DNA of 34,631 bases from Pseudomonadota bacterium (GTDB lineage: Bacteria; Pseudomonadota; Alphaproteobacteria; RF32; CAG-239). The position numbers and the translations under genes are program-made. The stretch spans positions 1 to 34,631 of the forward strand of contig CAKJXZ020000016.1 of NCBI GenBank assembly GCA_918234285.1, read 5' to 3'. Under the pieces are notes generated by a model. That model saw only the letters and a program-made list of their open reading frames with translations. It did no database searches and had not been told where the DNA came from. Numbering within the stretch: position 1 is the first letter of the stretch; the number at the start of each line of letters is the position of its first letter. Of the stretch, positions 1-7,752 are shown in pieces.

Positions 1-5
1 ATATG

Positions 6-31
6 AGAGAGGAATGTGTTTCCTCTCTTTT
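6..31 (+). terminator. Host-side intrinsic terminator-like hairpin
   Basis: AGAGAGGAA-TGTGT-TTCCTCTCT followed by TTT. Confidence 0.55.
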
Positions 32-95
32 ACATAAGTACTCGGAACTGCCCGACAAATACCAAGGTTTGAAGTGTCGCCGAGTACGAGCAAAT

Positions 96-169
96 TGCTT
101 CATCGTCTAATGGTAGGACAGCGGATTCTGACTCCGTCAATATTGGTTCGAGTCCAGTTGAAGCAGCCA
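96..169 (+). tRNA. trnQ: tRNA-Gln(CTG), restored at attL
   Basis: Acceptor stem TGCTTCA/TGAAGCA, D arm GTCTAATGGTAGGAC, anticodon stem GCGGA/TCCGT with loop TTCTGAC (CTG at 128-130), T arm ATTGG-TTCGAGT-CCAGT, discriminator G and encoded CCA. Confidence 0.97.
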
Positions 170-170
170 C
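122..170 (+). repeat. attL direct repeat (3' part of tRNA-Gln, phage-derived)
   Basis: 47/49 identical to 34505..34553; first 20 bp CGGATTCTGACTCCGTCAAT identical. Confidence 0.95.
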
Positions 171-187
171 TTGATTTTTCAATGACT

Positions 188-211
188 TAGCGCAGAAATG
201 CGCTATTTTTT
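188..211 (+). terminator. Phage-supplied terminator for the restored tRNA
   Basis: TAGCGCA-GAAA-TGCGCTA followed by T6. Confidence 0.8.
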
Positions 212-288
212 ATTCTGACTTTTTAAACAAAACGCACTCACACAAAATCAAATACTTAGCATGGCCAATCAGAATAAAGTCAGAATGA
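212..288. promoter_or_regulatory. attL arm: putative integrase arm-type sites and IHF site
   Basis: AAAGTCAGAAT motif inverted at 212-224 and direct at 276-288, also present twice near attR; IHF consensus WATCAANNNNTTR matched at 246-258 and near-matched at 177-189. Confidence 0.6.
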
Positions 289-391
289 ATTTGTGCATAA
301 TTTTAGCCGATTCTCTAAGGCTGTTTTTTGCCCCTACAAGCGCATTTTTATTTTTTATGGATAATCCTTCCGATTTTTTGAAATATGTCGC

Positions 392-1084
392 TCACTGGTC
401 ACCAGAGGCGGAAGCGTACACATTATCATAATATCCAAACTTATATTTTCGCACTGCCTTTGAGACAACGCTCATATTGCACCCCAATTTTGTGGCAATA
501 TCAAAATTGCTTAATCCTTGCAAATGCAGGTCTAAGACTTTCTTTTGCAACGTGGTCAAAGGATGCACTTCCTTTTTGTTGGCCTTGATTATGATTTCTT
601 TGTCTGAAATAGTGACTTTCAATATGGCAAGATTTATTGCTGTTTTCCGCGTTTCCGGTGAAACCTCTTTGTCTTTCAAAATTCTGTTGATAACGCTTAA
701 ATACCGGCGTTTTGTTAAAAACAGATTGTCAAGGTCAAAATTCTCACGGTTTCCATCCAAAAAAATCAGGACTTCATCCGGTTTTATCGGATCATGCTCT
801 TTTTCCCAGATTATATGATGCTTTGGCTTGGCTCCGGTCTCTGTCCGGACGACAATATATCCCTGAGCGCCTCTTTTGAATTCCGTGCCAACCGGCAAGG
901 CGGACCATGTCGGTTTGTTTTTTTTCTTGTATCCACCTTTAACATATTTTTGCTGCCATTCCCAAACGCGGCTATATTTTAGATTTAAGTCGAATGTTTT
1001 ATTGATCAGCCGGCATAAATCCGGCGCTTTCATGTCCGGATGTTGCTTGACAAACTCATATACTTCCGGTTGAAAATGAAGCAT
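392..1084 (-). CDS. HNH_3-type endonuclease-like protein with C-terminal HTH
   Basis: KHHIIWEKEH...LIFLDGNRENFDLDNL motif; C-terminal LTTLQKKVLDLHLQGLSNFDIATKLG HTH. Confidence 0.75.
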   Translation of the reverse strand: MLHFQPEVYEFVKQHPDMKAPDLCRLINKTFDLNLKYSRVWEWQQKYVKGGYKKKNKPTWSALPVGTEFKRGAQGYIVVRTETGAKPKHHIIWEKEHDPIKPDEVLIFLDGNRENFDLDNLFLTKRRYLSVINRILKDKEVSPETRKTAINLAILKVTISDKEIIIKANKKEVHPLTTLQKKVLDLHLQGLSNFDIATKLGCNMSVVSKAVRKYKFGYYDNVYASASGDQ

Positions 1085-1090
1085 TATTCT

Positions 1091-1324
1091 TTATTCCTTG
1101 CTTATATATCCGGCAACGTTAGACTTGCCAAGTTGCTGCGTCATGATTTCTTTTTTCATTTCCAACGTTTCACCGGCAATATATTGGCTCGCCAGCAAGG
1201 CCATAGCTTTTGAGCGCTCAATTTCACTGTTTAACACTTCATCTTTTACTTCTTTGTTGTTTGAAATAAGCTCAATCTGTTTATAAAGCAATTCATTTAT
1301 TTTAGACATTTGTGTTTGTGACAT
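1091..1324 (-). CDS. Small phage protein typically paired with HNH gene
   Basis: LYKQIELI...EIERSKAM pattern; AAGGA RBS; operon context. Confidence 0.65.
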   Translation of the reverse strand: MSQTQMSKINELLYKQIELISNNKEVKDEVLNSEIERSKAMALLASQYIAGETLEMKKEIMTQQLGKSNVAGYISKE

Positions 1325-1790
1325 TTTTTAACATTCCTTTGAAACATTGTTTGTGAAAATTTTTTATTGTAGAAGAAAAACCGCAATTCGGAATATGCAG
1401 CATTTCATTGATCTTTTTGCGCTTCCGCTTGAATATTTTTAAAATCAGCTCATTACATTTGGCGATGTCTGCCACTGTTTCGCGCATTTCATCTGTTACC
1501 GGACTTTTCCGAACACCAAATTGCTCAACGGTGCTTTCGTCAACGACCTCAAAATCAATTAAATTGCCATCCTTATCGCGGCTATTTGTTTGTTTACGAA
1601 TTATATGATGCTTTAGCTCACCTCCAAAAATACGCTTTCCAGCCATTACAACAATTCTTTTCAGGTCTTCATCATCCTGATTTTCCCAAATCATTAAGGC
1701 AATCTCTTGTTTAACATCATCATACAACTGATTGTGTTTCAGATGCTCAACCATTTTATAACAGATTGCCAGCTTTTCATCAAAAGTCAT
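1302..1790 (-). CDS. Hypothetical, possibly degenerate sigma-70/ECF-like protein
   Basis: DDVKQEIALMIWE resembles region 2; C-terminal HTH-like segment; ATG at 1790 directly follows the upstream stop. Confidence 0.45.
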   Translation of the reverse strand: MTFDEKLAICYKMVEHLKHNQLYDDVKQEIALMIWENQDDEDLKRIVVMAGKRIFGGELKHHIIRKQTNSRDKDGNLIDFEVVDESTVEQFGVRKSPVTDEMRETVADIAKCNELILKIFKRKRKKINEMLHIPNCGFSSTIKNFHKQCFKGMLKNVTNTNV

Positions 1791-1791
1791 A

Positions 1792-1974
1792 TTATGCAGC
1801 CATTTTGAAGCCGTCCAAATGCTCAACGGCCTTTTCTTCCGTGAAGCATTTACGGCTGTAAAATTCTTCTTTTTTACCTTTGTTAAAGCTCTCAACAGGG
1901 CGGTGGTATCCCATTACCCGTGTCCAAATCTCGCATCTTGTGCGCTCACTGTCTTTTAACTCAATCTCGATCAT
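1792..1974 (-). CDS. Stand-alone glycyl-radical domain of class III ribonucleotide reductase (NrdD C-terminal-like, 60 aa)
   Basis: CEIWTRVMGYHRPVESFNKGKKEEFYSR matches the NrdD RVxGY..P..FN.GK..E...R motif. Confidence 0.85.
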   Translation of the reverse strand: MIEIELKDSERTRCEIWTRVMGYHRPVESFNKGKKEEFYSRKCFTEEKAVEHLDGFKMAA

Positions 1975-2314
1975 TTTGGTTAAACTCCCTCATAGCTCTT
2001 AATTTCGCAAAATCATCCTGATGTTCGGCGATTTTGCACTCAATTCCAAAATTCTGCACGCAGTGAAAGCGTGGTTTTATACCTAATTCGACCAAATCAT
2101 CCCGCACATTTTGCACAAACTCCGCCAGATCAACGCCTTTATCGGCATTAAAAATGACGTTGTGACGCTTGCGTGGCATTACTGCACCCCAGTCACCATT
2201 GACGCGCATCACATAAACCTCTGTCGATTTAAGCCGCTCAGCACGTCTTGCATCGCGTTCTTGCTCTTTTGCCGGATAATCCGGAAACGGAAACCGCTGT
2301 TGTATGTGTGTCAT
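1961..2314 (-). CDS. Hypothetical protein
   Basis: 117-aa ORF overlapping the next gene in operon fashion. Confidence 0.6.
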   Translation of the reverse strand: MTHIQQRFPFPDYPAKEQERDARRAERLKSTEVYVMRVNGDWGAVMPRKRHNVIFNADKGVDLAEFVQNVRDDLVELGIKPRFHCVQNFGIECKIAEHQDDFAKLRAMREFNQNDRD

Positions 2315-2405
2315 CCCTTTTTACCTAATCTAAACAGAATCAATATAATGTGTTGATATTACGCAATAAATTTATGTCATTGCTATTTGACGGAATCAGT
2401 ATCAC

Positions 2406-2450
2406 AAATCAGCGGAAAATGTGAAAAAATCACATAATCCGCCGATTTTT
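2406..2450 (-). terminator. Long hairpin ending the late/lysis transcript
   Basis: Minus strand ATCGGCGGA-TT-ATGTGA-TTTTT-TCACAT-TT-TCCGCTGAT; a G-U pair favours the minus strand. Confidence 0.55.
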
Positions 2451-2455
2451 TACCA

Positions 2456-2668
2456 TTATTTCGCTTTTTTTAGCTTTTCTGCGTCTGTATCAGTATAAGC
2501 CGTTGATAAATAATCCATCACTTTGACGATCTTTCCCCAGAATGAAGAACTTTTATTCGATGGGAAAAGCTTAATAACTGCCGTGCAGAATGCCACCGCG
2601 CAACCATAAACGGCAGCGATGTCCTCTTTGTGTGCTGTAACCCATGCATATAATTCAACTATTGACAT
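2456..2668 (-). CDS. Holin-like small membrane protein
   Basis: GGAGG RBS, one hydrophobic segment, lysis cassette context. Confidence 0.55.
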   Translation of the reverse strand: MSIVELYAWVTAHKEDIAAVYGCAVAFCTAVIKLFPSNKSSSFWGKIVKVMDYLSTAYTDTDAEKLKKAK

Positions 2669-2684
2669 TTTTACCTCCGTAAAA

Positions 2685-3230
2685 TTACATTAAACCCCAA
2701 CCGATAACCAATCCGGCCAACAATTCCGCCCAGTTTGTCGGACTTTCAGCCATTTTAATTTTCGGAAATTGAACCCAGAAACACGCGTTATATATAAACG
2801 GAATGCAGAAACCACACACGGCAAAATTCCATCCAACAAACGCGGCCACCGGTAAAGACCATAAAAAATAACGTATCATCAAGCCGACAAAGCAGTATTG
2901 TTTTGAACGTTCGGCAAATCCGAGCCATTTATTGACCGGTTTCACGATCCAATTCATTGCCGGTTTGCGGCCTTTGGCCATTTCATCATCAATATATTTG
3001 TTGCTTTCGGTGCCACATTTGAAATAATACCAATGACCGCAGCACCAGAAAATGTACACCAAAACCGCTATAATCAGTGCAATATACCAAACTTTAGATT
3101 TTGCGAAAAACTCCCATAAAAACACCGCCACAATGCAAAAAATCATTTGAATGCCGCGTTGTTCTAAAAAATCAATTTTGCTGTCATAGCCGCCAAAAAA
3201 CCGCCGCCATATACTAAAAAATATTCCCAT
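2685..3230 (-). CDS. Multi-pass membrane protein in lysis cassette
   Basis: Several hydrophobic segments; start overlaps the endolysin stop. Confidence 0.65.
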   Translation of the reverse strand: MGIFFSIWRRFFGGYDSKIDFLEQRGIQMIFCIVAVFLWEFFAKSKVWYIALIIAVLVYIFWCCGHWYYFKCGTESNKYIDDEMAKGRKPAMNWIVKPVNKWLGFAERSKQYCFVGLMIRYFLWSLPVAAFVGWNFAVCGFCIPFIYNACFWVQFPKIKMAESPTNWAELLAGLVIGWGLM

Positions 3231-3763
3231 TACACCAACCTTTCACAAAATTCCCTGATTTTTCCAACTCTATCAACCCAGCCATTTCTATATTTTCTGT
3301 ATTTTGGCTTGTTTGATAACCAAATAACGAACTCAAGCCGCCTGTTCATGTAGTTTTCCAAAACCTTTGCAGGTGGCAATCTGTTGGCCGCGCCGACTGT
3401 CTGATTGCCGATTTTGCCGTCAATCACAACATACAAGCATTTTTGCAAGTCCTTAATTGCACGCGGCACACCGCTGTTTACGGCATAATCAAAAACAGCA
3501 ATGCTCAGCGGATCCGGTAAAAAATCACACTTGCTTTTATCCCAATACATTGTTTTGAATAAATACTCGGCACGTTCTTTCGTCAGATTTTCAATATCTT
3601 CATGCGGAAAAGCCGCCGCCGAAATTCCGTATTTGGTGCCTTTTAACTCACCTTTGCCAATATCGCCACCGGTCCAATTGCCTTTATCGTCCGGATCGTT
3701 TTGAAAACCGCCCTCAATTTTGAGTGTCAGCTTCTTTGCCGTTTCCCACACCAATGCTGTCAT
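3230..3763 (-). CDS. Endolysin, glycoside hydrolase family 108 with peptidoglycan-binding domain
   Basis: EGGFQNDPDDKG...TKYGI, FDYAVNSG, DGKIG..T, GW..RV motifs. Confidence 0.92.
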   Translation of the reverse strand: MTALVWETAKKLTLKIEGGFQNDPDDKGNWTGGDIGKGELKGTKYGISAAAFPHEDIENLTKERAEYLFKTMYWDKSKCDFLPDPLSIAVFDYAVNSGVPRAIKDLQKCLYVVIDGKIGNQTVGAANRLPPAKVLENYMNRRLEFVIWLSNKPKYRKYRNGWVDRVGKIREFCERLV

Positions 3764-3987
3764 TTTCTACCTGCCTTTTTGGTTTTCAATTCATCAATTA
3801 TCAAATCGCGCAGGTCGTCAATTTTGCTTTCCATCCGCAAAATAGCCTCATTTGTGGCATAGTTTTTGGCTTCTTCCGCAACTTTCAGCTTAAAGGCCGC
3901 CATATCGCGCTCAACGCAACCGATTTTATAAACCAACCAAACAAACGCAGGCACACATATTATTTCTAAAAATTGTAACCAATCCAT
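3760..3987 (-). CDS. Putative holin/lysis-associated protein (TM plus coiled coil)
   Basis: N-terminal hydrophobic helix, coiled-coil tail, 4-bp overlap with endolysin. Confidence 0.55.
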   Translation of the reverse strand: MDWLQFLEIICVPAFVWLVYKIGCVERDMAAFKLKVAEEAKNYATNEAILRMESKIDDLRDLIIDELKTKKAGRK

Positions 3988-4019
3988 TGTTTGAACACCC
4001 CCATTTTTTTTCTGATTTA

Positions 4020-4049
4020 AGTATATCCCATGACGGATTCGCGTGTCAA
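4020..4049 (-). promoter_or_regulatory. Sigma70-like promoter of lysis cassette
   Basis: TTGACA-N18-TATACT on the minus strand. Confidence 0.6.
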
Positions 4050-4058
4050 AAAACGGGC

Positions 4059-4141
4059 AAAAAAAGAGAGAGATGAAATAAAGCCATCCATCTCTCTCTT
4101 ATTAGTGCGGTGTAATAAAGACGCGGCCTGTCCTTATTACA
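4059..4141 (-). ncRNA. Candidate ~83-nt two-hairpin small RNA ending in an intrinsic terminator
   Basis: 12-bp hairpin 4111-4141, 12-bp hairpin 4064-4100 with U7 tail, upstream TTGACA-N18-TATAAA at 4148-4177. Confidence 0.5.
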
Positions 4142-4178
4142 TTTCTATTTATAAAATAATCAGCAAGCCGTTGTCAAA

Positions 4179-6713
4179 TTACTGATTACTCTTCAAATAA
4201 CGAGCCATTGCTTCGCGCTGCTTTTTCTCGTTCTCATTTTGGTTTTGCAACTCTGTCAAGAAACTGCGCAAACTTATATTTCCGTATTTTCTGGCCTTAT
4301 CCAGCAATTTTTGCTGCGCCGTCACACCGTTGGCAATTTCTCGGCCTAAATTTCTACGAGCTGAGCGCATCGCTGCCTTGCCGCCCAAAGCGCCTGCAGT
4401 GACAACAGCCGCTGTCGGGTTGAAATATCCGGCTGTCAAACCGGCTGCAACTGCCGGACTGGTGAAGCCGCTCCAGAACGGTGAAGTGACAGCTGTCGAG
4501 CCGCCGACCGAAGTCAAACCTTTGCTCAATCTGCTTTCAAAAATATCTTGCGTTGTCTCAGCGGTGGCATATTCTTTGTTGACTTCGCGGAAACCGGCAA
4601 ATTCATCATCCATCAAAGTTTTGAGGTCATCTTCGGCACGTTTAAACGCTTTTTTCTTAGATGCGCCAACAGTGATGTTTTTACCAGCATCATATCTGAG
4701 CGCCTGTTTCAGCATGTCAAATTCTTTCAAACTTCCGCGCTCAACACCGTCAAATGCTCTCGGATCGAGCTCGCGCATTTCATCAATCATGTTTTGAGCA
4801 ACCGGATGTTGTTCATAAAAGTCATTAACCTTTTCTGCAGAAAGTTTCTTGTTGCCGTTTTTGGCCATGAATGCGCCGTAATTCTTTTCAGCCGCAGCCA
4901 ATTCCGGCGTTTTTATAAGATTTTCAAGACTTGTGTTGTGCCAGCCATTTTTGCGATGTTCTAGCGCATCACTGAGAATTTGAGCACGCTCCGACAAGTC
5001 ATCGGCACCGGCCAAAACAGCATTGCGCATTTTGCGGCGCTTGGTTTCATCGGCCAAAGCCTCAACAAATGAACGTTTTTCATTCACGCCGACCTCGTTT
5101 CTGCTGGCAACGGCACTCTTTTCCGGCTGCCAGATGTTTTGAAGCTTGCTTTTTCCGTTATCAACAGCCTTTTGAAGCCGATTAACAACATTTTGCAGGC
5201 TGTTCGGTGCTTCATATCCGCCGTAATAATTAGGATCATATTGCATATAAACCACATCCGGCTCACCAAGATTAAAGTTGCGCATTTTGGCCTTATCCCA
5301 CGTCTTTGATGCAAATTCATTATTCCACGGATCTCTTGATGTCACTTTGAAACCATGTCTTGAATATATTTCCGGCAAAAACGTGTCATAAGCATCTAAT
5401 TTTTTGCCGCCGACAGAGGTTGCCGCTTGCATAATTGAATCCGCTGCGCCTCTCGGCCCGTTATTACTGAACACCGAAACAACATCACCATCGTCTTTGA
5501 TTGCAAAGCCGACCTTGCCATCATCGGTCAAAAATGTGCGCATCTTAGCATATTCTTCCGGCGTATATTGCCAAACTTGCTCGCCGGTATATCCTGCCGA
5601 TTTTTTAAAATCACTCATCGCCTGCGAAAAACGTTTGCCATTTTCCACATTCGGCGCATATTCATTAAAAGTCAAAGGATTTTCTAAAGTCTCGGAAAGT
5701 TTCTCATTCGGGCGCAATCTTTTTATGCTTTGTTGCGCTTCATTTCCAAATCGATTTCCCTCAGGTCCTGCAGGTACTCGTCCATAAAGGCCATCTGTGT
5801 CATACACATATCCTGATGTTTGATTTTCTTGGCTATTTCTGCGGGCGTCAAAGATCTTTTCAGCTCGTTGAGCTTGCCGAGATAACCTTTGATTTTCTTG
5901 ATTAAGCACATCATCAATTGTTTTTCCTTTCCCTGATACTTTTTTCAAAGTGTTTATAAATATACCAGAATCCGGATCATTTGTCAACTGATTTAATTGA
6001 TATTTTGACTTAATAATTTGTTTTACCGGCGCAATGCTTTGCGCGGCTTTGCTTCCAAGAGAATATATCGGTGCTGTTGCCATACCACCGCCCATGTCAG
6101 TCAAAAAGCGCCCCCATTGGCCTTTTGGATTGACTGTACCGGTCATGAATGCGCTACCTAAAGCACCGGTTTCAGCCAAAGGCATGCCGCCCTCAGCCAT
6201 TGCTTTGATAACATTACCGGTCAAGCCTGTTCCACCAATTCCGGCTTCTGCAGCACCGCCCAAACCGGTAGCAATTGCCGCGGCATCATATCCATATTGT
6301 CCGGCCAGCTCCGTAATTCTTTCCGCAGCGTTCCGCGCTTCCAGCGGCTTTGTATCCATGCCGGCAGCTCTTGCAATATATCCTGCCGGATTTAACCCTG
6401 CATTTGATATTCCCTGCAATGCAAAACCGGCTTGCCGTGCATAAGGATTAGTCGCCATAAATTCAGCGACTTTGTCACCGGCGGTTGTCGGTTTTACCTG
6501 TTCGCGCCACTCTTTTGCGGCTTTGGCTGCTTGCTCTTTTTGCTCCGGTGTCATCTTCAAAACCGGATTTTGTGCCTGATATCCAATTCGCTGAGCAAAA
6601 TCATCAAAATCAAGTGTTGGATAATATTTTTTGTGCAGTCCACGCGCCAGCTGTTCATCGCTGATATTATCGTATTGCGGATATTTTTGCCGAATTTCTG
6701 CTATATTCATCAC
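4179..6713 (-). CDS. Large internal virion/ejection protein with embedded GNAT-like domain
   Basis: 844 aa, last gene of the tail module; IRQKYPQYDNISDEQLA N-terminus; Ala/Gly-rich segments; GGKKLDAYDTFLPEIYSRHGFK segment. Confidence 0.7.
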   Translation of the reverse strand: MMNIAEIRQKYPQYDNISDEQLARGLHKKYYPTLDFDDFAQRIGYQAQNPVLKMTPEQKEQAAKAAKEWREQVKPTTAGDKVAEFMATNPYARQAGFALQGISNAGLNPAGYIARAAGMDTKPLEARNAAERITELAGQYGYDAAAIATGLGGAAEAGIGGTGLTGNVIKAMAEGGMPLAETGALGSAFMTGTVNPKGQWGRFLTDMGGGMATAPIYSLGSKAAQSIAPVKQIIKSKYQLNQLTNDPDSGIFINTLKKVSGKGKTIDDVLNQENQRLSRQAQRAEKIFDARRNSQENQTSGYVYDTDGLYGRVPAGPEGNRFGNEAQQSIKRLRPNEKLSETLENPLTFNEYAPNVENGKRFSQAMSDFKKSAGYTGEQVWQYTPEEYAKMRTFLTDDGKVGFAIKDDGDVVSVFSNNGPRGAADSIMQAATSVGGKKLDAYDTFLPEIYSRHGFKVTSRDPWNNEFASKTWDKAKMRNFNLGEPDVVYMQYDPNYYGGYEAPNSLQNVVNRLQKAVDNGKSKLQNIWQPEKSAVASRNEVGVNEKRSFVEALADETKRRKMRNAVLAGADDLSERAQILSDALEHRKNGWHNTSLENLIKTPELAAAEKNYGAFMAKNGNKKLSAEKVNDFYEQHPVAQNMIDEMRELDPRAFDGVERGSLKEFDMLKQALRYDAGKNITVGASKKKAFKRAEDDLKTLMDDEFAGFREVNKEYATAETTQDIFESRLSKGLTSVGGSTAVTSPFWSGFTSPAVAAGLTAGYFNPTAAVVTAGALGGKAAMRSARRNLGREIANGVTAQQKLLDKARKYGNISLRSFLTELQNQNENEKKQREAMARYLKSNQ

Positions 6714-6719
6714 ATCCTC

Positions 6720-7751
6720 CTAAAAAATACCAAGCGGATCATTATTTACCGGTGTGTTACCGCCTTGCGGCATTACAGACATGACTGTCGGCATTGCATC
6801 AAGTTTGTTTTCAATGTTTTGCATTGCTTGAAGTGCACCGAGCAAGCGTTGCTTACCTTTACCGAGCTGCAGGCCTTTGGCGGCCTGTCTGATTTCAGCA
6901 ATGGTGTTGATACCGCTCTGACCTTTAGAACGTGCCTTTGCAATCAAATCATTCTCAATTGAGCCGATTGTGCGCTCCAAATATCCGTATTGCTCGTTTT
7001 CTTCCGGTGTCAGGCCATAATCGCCGTTTGATACGGTGCCAACCATAGATGACAAGCCGGTATATGGCATAAATAATTTGTCATCCAACGAATTAACCAA
7101 GCCGATCGCATTATCAAGCGTTTGCTGTTGTTTTTGATTTTCAAAAGCGTTTTGACGGTCTGTTGCTTCTTGCTTGGCTGCCTCTTTACCGCGCTGGCCC
7201 TGATACGATTTCTCGTAAATGTTTTCCGGATTTTGCGACAAATAATTCAACCGAGCCAATGCAATTGCTTTGTCTTCATCCGGCAAATTATCCCACACTT
7301 CCGGATTGTTTTTAATGCCAAGCAAATTGATAAACTCATTTTTGCTGCCAAACGGATTGCCGCCCTGATTAGCCTTATATTGCGCGGTGGCCATGGCATT
7401 TTTATGTCTTAACATAGCCATTGAGCGCTCAAACTGCTCTTTGCGAGCCATATCTTCAAGCTCCCACTGCCGTTTTTGCTGTTCTTTGGCCAGATTGTCA
7501 TAATATGCACCGGCTTCCAGTGCACCCATCGCATCAATTCTGGCGGCATCTTCCGGATGCGCTTCTTTTAACGCTGCCGAATATGCGCCGAGTTTTGCCT
7601 GCTCAGCATCATAGGCCTTTTTGTCGTTGAGCGCATTGATACCCTGCGCCAGCATCAATCCCCAGTTATTCCCATTTTGCGGAATTGCTGCCCTTTGCAA
7701 TGCACCAAAGCCAATAAGGGCGCTCGTTCTTGCATAATCTTTGTTTAACAT
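6720..7751 (-). CDS. Putative DNA ejection (internal virion) protein
   Basis: Helical Ala/Gln-rich 343 aa, synteny with podovirus ejection proteins. Confidence 0.55.
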   Translation of the reverse strand: MLNKDYARTSALIGFGALQRAAIPQNGNNWGLMLAQGINALNDKKAYDAEQAKLGAYSAALKEAHPEDAARIDAMGALEAGAYYDNLAKEQQKRQWELEDMARKEQFERSMAMLRHKNAMATAQYKANQGGNPFGSKNEFINLLGIKNNPEVWDNLPDEDKAIALARLNYLSQNPENIYEKSYQGQRGKEAAKQEATDRQNAFENQKQQQTLDNAIGLVNSLDDKLFMPYTGLSSMVGTVSNGDYGLTPEENEQYGYLERTIGSIENDLIAKARSKGQSGINTIAEIRQAAKGLQLGKGKQRLLGALQAMQNIENKLDAMPTVMSVMPQGGNTPVNNDPLGIF

Positions 7752-7752
7752 C

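Noticed and set aside
4073-4081. ATG AAA TAA minigene (lambda bar-like) on the plus strand
   Set aside because: Promoter, G-U pairing and U-tract all indicate minus-strand transcription; no plus-strand promoter seen.
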